Position numbers and translations under genes: made by a program. A stretch of 32,000 nt of DNA from Candidatus Harpocratesius repetitus (GTDB lineage Archaea > Asgardarchaeota > Lokiarchaeia > Sigyniarchaeales > Promethearchaeaceae), in contig JAIZWK010000001.1 in NCBI GenBank assembly GCA_021498095.1, positions 4,194,758-4,226,757 of the forward strand, given 5' to 3'. Positions within the stretch are counted from its first letter, which is position 1. Each line of letters opens with the position of its first letter. Shown here piece after piece: positions 26,747 through 32,000 of this stretch. The notes beneath the pieces were generated by a model. That model searched no databases, was not told the origin of the DNA, and saw only the letters and a list, made by a program, of their open reading frames with translations.

Positions 26747-27624
26747 AAAAGTACAAAATGCCCAAGTTAAAACCGGAAATTCGCAGTGCCATGAAAGCGA
26801 TTGGATTTACGGACTATTTTATTAATCTTTTTATTACACTTCTGAATTCAGGAGAAATGAACGCTCACGAATTAAGTGAAATTACACATGTCCCCTATTC
26901 ACGTATCTATGAAATTCTCAATGAAATGGTAGCCAAAAAAATCATTACCAAAATAGATGGTCGACCAAGTACATTTATAGCCAATGATCCTACTGATGTA
27001 TTTATGTACATGAAACGCCAACAAGAGCAGATTTTTAGCGAAAATATTAATACAACACTCCCTATTCTTAAACAATTATTTGGTGAAAAACGACCAACAA
27101 AACAGGTTCAATTTACACTGCTCGAAGGAGATAAAGCCAGTCGAGATCATCTCCGAAATCTTATTAATGCAACGTCTCATAAATTACAAGCAGTAATTAG
27201 AAATGTAGCGGAAGTTTACCCCTTAATCAGACATAATTTAGATTTTCTTCGTACGAAAGGTGTAGAAGTTCAAATAATTATTGAAACAGAATTTGTAAAT
27301 GAAGAATTCATTCCAATCTTGGAAAACCATTGTGATATTAAATATGTAGATCACATTTTTCAAACTCTTTTTATTTCTGATGATAATGTTGCATTTCAAT
27401 CTGCCAAAGGATATTTTGATATTGCAAACCCAAAAATAAAAGGATATTCTATATTCAGTTCCACTGATACGAAGTATATTATGTACACCCAACAAATCTT
27501 TGAAAATATTTGGAAAATTGGAATTCAAAAAGAACAAATTCAACAAAAAAGTAAATCATCGAGTAATTCACAGAAAAAGGCAACTAGAACAAGTAAAAAG
27601 GCAGTAAAATCTGAAAATAAGTAA
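26743..27624 (+). CDS. TrmB-family transcriptional regulator
   Basis: N-terminal wHTH (IGFTDY…MNAHELSEITHVPYSRIYEILNEMVAKKII…GRPSTFIANDP), a PLD-like effector domain (LFISDDNVAF), and a basic disordered tail. Confidence 0.87.
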   Translation: MKKYKMPKLKPEIRSAMKAIGFTDYFINLFITLLNSGEMNAHELSEITHVPYSRIYEILNEMVAKKIITKIDGRPSTFIANDPTDVFMYMKRQQEQIFSENINTTLPILKQLFGEKRPTKQVQFTLLEGDKASRDHLRNLINATSHKLQAVIRNVAEVYPLIRHNLDFLRTKGVEVQIIIETEFVNEEFIPILENHCDIKYVDHIFQTLFISDDNVAFQSAKGYFDIANPKIKGYSIFSSTDTKYIMYTQQIFENIWKIGIQKEQIQQKSKSSSNSQKKATRTSKKAVKSENK

Positions 27625-27656
27625 TCTTCTAGGTTAAAACAACCCTAAAAAAGCAC

Positions 27657-28262
27657 TTACAATAATTTTATATTCCGTTTTATATATGGAGGCTTAGAAA
27701 GAAGCAGTTTTACTAGCTCTTTAAAAATTAAGCTTGTATTATAACCTGTTTTTGAAGATGTCTCAAAAGCACTACTTGCACCTAGTTTTTTTCGGATGTC
27801 CTCAACGATAGTAGGATCAATTTTTTTGTTTTCATTAATTATATCATATTTTGCACCTACTAAAATAGAAGGAATATTATCTGAATTAGCTCGTAATAAG
27901 GGCAACCATTTCTCTTCTAAACGAATTAAAGAATGGAAAGCAGTCATATCATAAACCCATATTACACCATTAGCCCCAGAGATAAATTGTGGAAGAAGTG
28001 GGCGAAAACGTTCTTGGCCACCAAAATCCCAAATTGAGAGCCCAATTCGAATTTTTTCACCGTTTTCTTCTGCAAGGATGGAATAACTATTAAAACTTAA
28101 TCCGATAGTAAGTTTTGTGTCTAGAAACTCCGAATAACAAAATCGATTAGTGATGCACGTTTTGCCCACACCACCTTCACCCAAAAGAATAATTTTGAAT
28201 TGGTAACGGATATTCTCATTCAAGTTTTCCATCATTGCTTTATATTTCACCATATAATTCAC
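27657..28262 (-). CDS. Rab/Ras-like small GTPase (eukaryotic signature protein)
   Basis: G1 GEGGVGKT, G2 TIG, G3 WDFGGQERF, G4 GAKYD, G5 ETSSK; no C-terminal Cys prenylation motif. Confidence 0.92.
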   Translation of the reverse strand: MNYMVKYKAMMENLNENIRYQFKIILLGEGGVGKTCITNRFCYSEFLDTKLTIGLSFNSYSILAEENGEKIRIGLSIWDFGGQERFRPLLPQFISGANGVIWVYDMTAFHSLIRLEEKWLPLLRANSDNIPSILVGAKYDIINENKKIDPTIVEDIRKKLGASSAFETSSKTGYNTSLIFKELVKLLLSKPPYIKRNIKLL

Positions 28263-28376
28263 AATTTGGTGTTTACTATAATAAAGAAATATAATTTTGT
28301 AAATATTAATTGATTAAAAAAAGCAGATCCTTTCCTATTAATTTTTACAATACTATTCCTTTATACATGGATGCTC

Positions 28377-29603
28377 TTAAATTTTAGAATAAATTTCGAT
28401 AATATCAAATTCATTTAAAACAAAATTCATACCTGCTCGAATACGCGTTTCTTGTCCATCCGAGCGAGTTCGGTAAATATAAGCAAATTTAAATCCATTA
28501 TATAGATCTTTATGAATTTTTAGCGCAACTTCTCCAACTGTGCTTGATTTTGGAACAATTAAAGGTTTATCTGCAATCCCCTTCTTAGATTTTGTGTATA
28601 TTCGAATTAATTTCAATTTTCGAAGAATATCTTCTTCAAAAGAGTTTAATCCTTTTTTCACAATTTCATCACGAGATTTATCATAAATAAAAGCAATTGG
28701 ATAAATAGAATATTCATATTTTGTTCCTTTTCCATAATTAATTTGCAATTTATTAAAATTCTCTTTAGTATTTGGTAGATCTGCTTTACTAGCAATTATT
28801 ATAGCGGGTTTATATTTTGAAGAGCGATTAAAAGCCATTTCTATTTCATCAATAGAGAGTTCTTGATAAATTTTTACAGTTGCATGGCTGATTCCTGACG
28901 CTTGAACCATTTCTTTAATAAAAGGAATATTATTTTCGTTCTTCTTTGCATCTTTTGTCATTAAAAAGATTTGTATTCCTCCAGCACCAGTTTTTTCTAT
29001 TGATACTTTTGGAGCTTCTCGATTTAAATAAAGATGGTGTTGATGAAGGTGCTTTATTATATTTTCCATTTGTTTAAGAGGATCCCGAGATAAATCAATC
29101 ATTAAAGCAATAATATCAGTTACTTTCAAGCCAGCAATCACACGAGATAAATACTGAGATTCATGTAAAGCAGGTTCTTCGACAATTTGAAATTTAATTT
29201 TTTTCCATTCGTAAATTCCAACAACAGGTTCGGCAGTAAATACACCTGGAACAAGGTGAGACACTCCAGTCATATTTTTTAAAAAAGTGGATTTTCCTGC
29301 ACCCATATCTTGATCAAAGTAATCACTAACCAACATAATTTGAACAGACTGTGGTTCTTTTTTGATTACAAATGGATCTTCAACAGCTGCTGCTAAAGCC
29401 TTTCGTCGCCGTATTTTATCTTCTCGTTCAGCTTTCAATTTTGAAAGTCGTGTTTTATTCAATGCCACGATACGTTCAGTAGCTTTATGCTTTGGAACAA
29501 GGGAAAGAAACCGTTCTAATCGCTCGATCTTATCATCAAGGGTCTTTGCATCTAAAAATTCACTGTAAGCCAGCTTTGCTTCCGCAGTTAAATTGGAACT
29601 CAC
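28377..29603 (-). CDS. OBG/DRG-family GTPase-like protein with C-terminal TGS domain and degenerate G motifs
   Basis: Archaeal DRG-type N-terminus (MSSNL…AKTLDDKIERLE…VPKHKATE), GAGKST, IDLSRDP, VSIEKTGAGGI, and TGS (IRIYTK…STVGEVALKIHKD…DIIEI). GTG start. Confidence 0.85.
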   Translation of the reverse strand: MSSNLTAEAKLAYSEFLDAKTLDDKIERLERFLSLVPKHKATERIVALNKTRLSKLKAEREDKIRRRKALAAAVEDPFVIKKEPQSVQIMLVSDYFDQDMGAGKSTFLKNMTGVSHLVPGVFTAEPVVGIYEWKKIKFQIVEEPALHESQYLSRVIAGLKVTDIIALMIDLSRDPLKQMENIIKHLHQHHLYLNREAPKVSIEKTGAGGIQIFLMTKDAKKNENNIPFIKEMVQASGISHATVKIYQELSIDEIEMAFNRSSKYKPAIIIASKADLPNTKENFNKLQINYGKGTKYEYSIYPIAFIYDKSRDEIVKKGLNSFEEDILRKLKLIRIYTKSKKGIADKPLIVPKSSTVGEVALKIHKDLYNGFKFAYIYRTRSDGQETRIRAGMNFVLNEFDIIEIYSKI

Positions 29604-29626
29604 TGGGAGCGCCCCCCTTTCTTTAA

Positions 29627-30121
29627 TTAAAATAATGATTTGAAGCGGTCTTCGCTTTTCAAAATTAGATCCCCAAAAATTTTATCCAAACGTTTATCGA
29701 ATTTCTTAAATTTTTTTACTTTTTTATGGGTAATATCATAAATACTAAAACGGTTTGAAAATTGAAACAGTGCTTCTCTCATGGTTTTTAAAACAGTCTT
29801 ATCATCACTGTTTTGATCAACAATACAATACATTAAAAGAGGTTCTAAAGAAGAATGATCCACATCAGAATTAGACTTTGAATTAGCTTCAGAATCCGCA
29901 GAATCCGCAGAATCAGCAATATTATGAGTTATAACTGTAATAGTATATTTACCAAGTGAAAAACTTTGAATTTCTTCGCCAAATGCTTCAGTAACTACTC
30001 CAGAAATAGTTTGTAAAAGAGAATTTCGAATATTTTTATCCAAGACATTTGATGTGGAATAAAATTGTTTTTCGAGTAAGGGTTCACCTTGGTAAGAAAT
30101 TGCCAATTCTAATATTGCCAT
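29627..30121 (-). CDS. Longin-like domain protein (putative Asgard eukaryotic signature protein)
   Basis: Secondary-structure pattern beta-beta-alpha-beta-beta-beta-alpha-alpha (LELAISYQGEPLLEK; LLQTISGVVTEAFGEEIQSFSLGKYTI; LLMYCIVD; MREALFQF; FKKFDKRLDKIF), typical of longin folds. Recognised by pattern only. Confidence 0.65.
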   Translation of the reverse strand: MAILELAISYQGEPLLEKQFYSTSNVLDKNIRNSLLQTISGVVTEAFGEEIQSFSLGKYTITVITHNIADSADSADSEANSKSNSDVDHSSLEPLLMYCIVDQNSDDKTVLKTMREALFQFSNRFSIYDITHKKVKKFKKFDKRLDKIFGDLILKSEDRFKSLF

Positions 30122-30240
30122 GTTAATTTCTGATCTCCGACTAGAAAATTCTCAATGTAAAATGGAATTAATTTGTTATGTTGATATAGATTGTTTATGT
30201 ATATTATTTTTTCCCACTATTATTATGTTAAAGATCAAGT

Positions 30241-30987
30241 TTAATATGTTAATGATGAAATATTGCGATATGAAAGTTGAATTTGTAAAGCAGCATTTTG
30301 AAGAACAGGGGACATATGTCCAGAGCAAAGGATTTCTGCTTGAAGATCTGAAAGTCTTTTTATAGATAATTTCAATTTTTGGAGGTCTCCACCAGGAAAA
30401 TCGTATCGACCAAAACTTCCTTGAGGAAAAACAACATCACCAGGGAATAGAATTTTATGTGATTTATCAAATAACGTAATTGACCCTTTACTATGTCCTG
30501 GTGTTTCTAACACATCGAGAGTAAATGATCCGAAATTTATTGTTTCTCCTTCATGAACTTCAATTAAATTAGTTAGAGGTTTTATTTTAACTCCAAAGAC
30601 ATCAGCACTTATTCCCAATTCGCGAGGACATATCCTTTGTTCATTTCCTTGTTTAAGAATTTGATTGGTAAAAGGAGCAACATAAATATTTAGCGAAGAT
30701 ATATCATTTTCTTCAAGAATAGAATAAAGCCCTAAAATATGATCTAAATGTTCATGAGTGATGATTATTGAAGCGAGATTCTCCATATTCAATCCAATTT
30801 CATGTATGCTCTTTTTAAACCCACTAAGTGATTTCCCATTACCTGTATCAATCAAACAAAATTTTCCAGAAGATTCATCTACCAGAACGTACATATTACA
30901 ATCGAGCATTGGAAATTCAGCAAAATAATATAGATTTGGTACAATTTTACGAACTATTTTTTTCGTGGGATTTCGGTTAAAGAACAT
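30241..30987 (-). CDS. MBL-fold metallo-hydrolase (glyoxalase II-like)
   Basis: LIDTGNG, ITHEHLDHILG, ETPGHSKGS, FPGDVVF, SFGRYDFPGG, SGH. Confidence 0.9.
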   Translation of the reverse strand: MFFNRNPTKKIVRKIVPNLYYFAEFPMLDCNMYVLVDESSGKFCLIDTGNGKSLSGFKKSIHEIGLNMENLASIIITHEHLDHILGLYSILEENDISSLNIYVAPFTNQILKQGNEQRICPRELGISADVFGVKIKPLTNLIEVHEGETINFGSFTLDVLETPGHSKGSITLFDKSHKILFPGDVVFPQGSFGRYDFPGGDLQKLKLSIKRLSDLQAEILCSGHMSPVLQNAALQIQLSYRNISSLTY

Positions 30988-31081
30988 TATAATTGCTAAG
31001 AACGCATAACTAAAAAATTAAAAGGAAATAATAAATGAATACATAACTCAAAAATGTAGTTCGTATAAAATAAAATAAAAT

Positions 31082-31960
31082 TTAATTAAAATATTCACGT
31101 TTCATTACCTTTTGAGAAAATTTTGCCATAGTTAAGGGTTTTTGAAGAGAATTTGCAAAATTAATACATTTTTTCAAGGTTTCTTCGAATTGATATCCCA
31201 CATATGAAGATCGGTGAGCATCAGATCCAAAAACAAGTGGAATTTCTCGTTCAATACATGCTTTAATCATTTCATCATGGGGATACTGCTCCTTAACTGG
31301 TCGATATAATCCAGAATGATTTATTTCTACAGCCATCTCACCAGTTCTTTTCACTTCATCTAAGAATTTCATTTTAAGATCCCAAATTTCGTCCGATCTA
31401 CCAAAATATGTTCCGTATTTTTTAGGAAGATCGCAGTGACCAACAATTTGAAATACACCAGTTTTAACCATTTTAATCAAATTCTTATAATACTCCGAAA
31501 AAATCGTTTCTTCTCCAAATTTTTGAAATTTTTCCATAATATCAGGAGAATCAACTGGAAAAGGAATTTCATCATCAATTTTTATTATATGAATAGATCC
31601 GATGAGATAATCAAGTTTAGACTCATATTTTTTTAGTTCAGAGTATAATTGTGAAAGAACGTGCGGATCAGGATAGTAATCCACTTCAGAAGCGATTTTA
31701 ATTTGAATTTTATCAGAATATTTGGATTGAAGAATTCTACATTCTTCAAGATACTCAGCAAATTGATCTCTTGGCATTGCAAACTGTTCTGCATTTGCTT
31801 CTTTTGGTAAAAAAAACATCGGAAAATGATCTGACAACCCTATTTCTTGCAATCCTATTTTTATGGCTTGTTGAACATATTCTTGCAATTTTCCAACTGC
31901 ATGTCCACAACGTTTTGAATGAATATGATAATCCCAGAGATCTTGAATAGAAGCACACAC
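31082..31960 (-). CDS. hisJ: Histidinol-phosphatase, HisJ/PHP family
   Basis: DYHIHS, GLSDHFP, ASEVDY, IGSIH, GHCDLPKKYG, EINHSG, FGSDAH. Confidence 0.87.
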   Translation of the reverse strand: MCASIQDLWDYHIHSKRCGHAVGKLQEYVQQAIKIGLQEIGLSDHFPMFFLPKEANAEQFAMPRDQFAEYLEECRILQSKYSDKIQIKIASEVDYYPDPHVLSQLYSELKKYESKLDYLIGSIHIIKIDDEIPFPVDSPDIMEKFQKFGEETIFSEYYKNLIKMVKTGVFQIVGHCDLPKKYGTYFGRSDEIWDLKMKFLDEVKRTGEMAVEINHSGLYRPVKEQYPHDEMIKACIEREIPLVFGSDAHRSSYVGYQFEETLKKCINFANSLQKPLTMAKFSQKVMKREYFN

Positions 31961-32000
31961 TAGTGAAAAAAAGATGGAATAGAAAAAAATTTTTGCTTCT

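Noticed and set aside
27657-27700. Functional link between the prenyltransferase-like gene and Rab prenylation
   Set aside because: The Rab-like protein ends …KRNIKLL with no C-terminal Cys, and trans-IDS folds are unrelated to protein prenyltransferases.
29890-29917. 9-bp microrepeat (SADSADSEA) in the longin loop, and an 18-bp duplication near 22969-23003 in the acidic gene
   Set aside because: Ordinary in-frame slippage in disordered loops.
30120-31958. ORFs 30120..30365, 31436..31636, 31755..31958 (also 19674..19865, 24001..24309, 24973..25200, 25350..25538, 26355..26570, 27238..27546, 29362..29568)
   Set aside because: They overlap well-supported genes in other frames and lack recognisable motifs.
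1-32000. tRNA, rRNA, IS elements or integrases; frequent GTG starts as a special signal
   Set aside because: No GC-rich cloverleaf or rRNA-like segments and no transposase or recombinase motifs were seen. Several GTG starts have downstream ATG alternatives, and GTG use is common in archaea.

Overview
AT-rich chromosomal window, most likely from an Asgard archaeon (Lokiarchaeia/Promethearchaeota). This is inferred from a Rab-like small GTPase, a longin-like protein and two I(P/I)GY-TM-KKK 'Loki-CTERM'-like C-termini. From left to right it contains: a disaccharide uptake and phosphorolysis module (HAD/beta-PGM-GH65 fusion running off the window edge and absent from the ORF track, MalK, a fused MalF-MalG permease, a C-terminally anchored binding protein); a UDG-like protein, a GH2 hydrolase, a SAM methyltransferase, an MBL hydrolase and an SDR; a truncated, internally deleted pseudogene; a Gfo/Idh/MocA oxidoreductase; a propeptide-less CspA-like subtilase; an unannotated 56-aa ORF; a 3-hydroxyacyl-CoA dehydrogenase, a stand-alone PAS protein, bacterial-type RlmN and a YfcE-type phosphoesterase; a highly acidic protein with Zn-finger-like ends; a 19-bp tandem repeat; a radical SAM protein; a motif-degenerate trans-prenyltransferase; a hypothetical protein coupled to a TrmB regulator; a co-oriented longin / degenerate DRG-like GTPase / Rab-like GTPase cluster; a second MBL hydrolase and HisJ. 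I saw no rRNA, tRNA, CRISPR array or mobile element. All family assignments come from motif recognition and recall, not from database searches.
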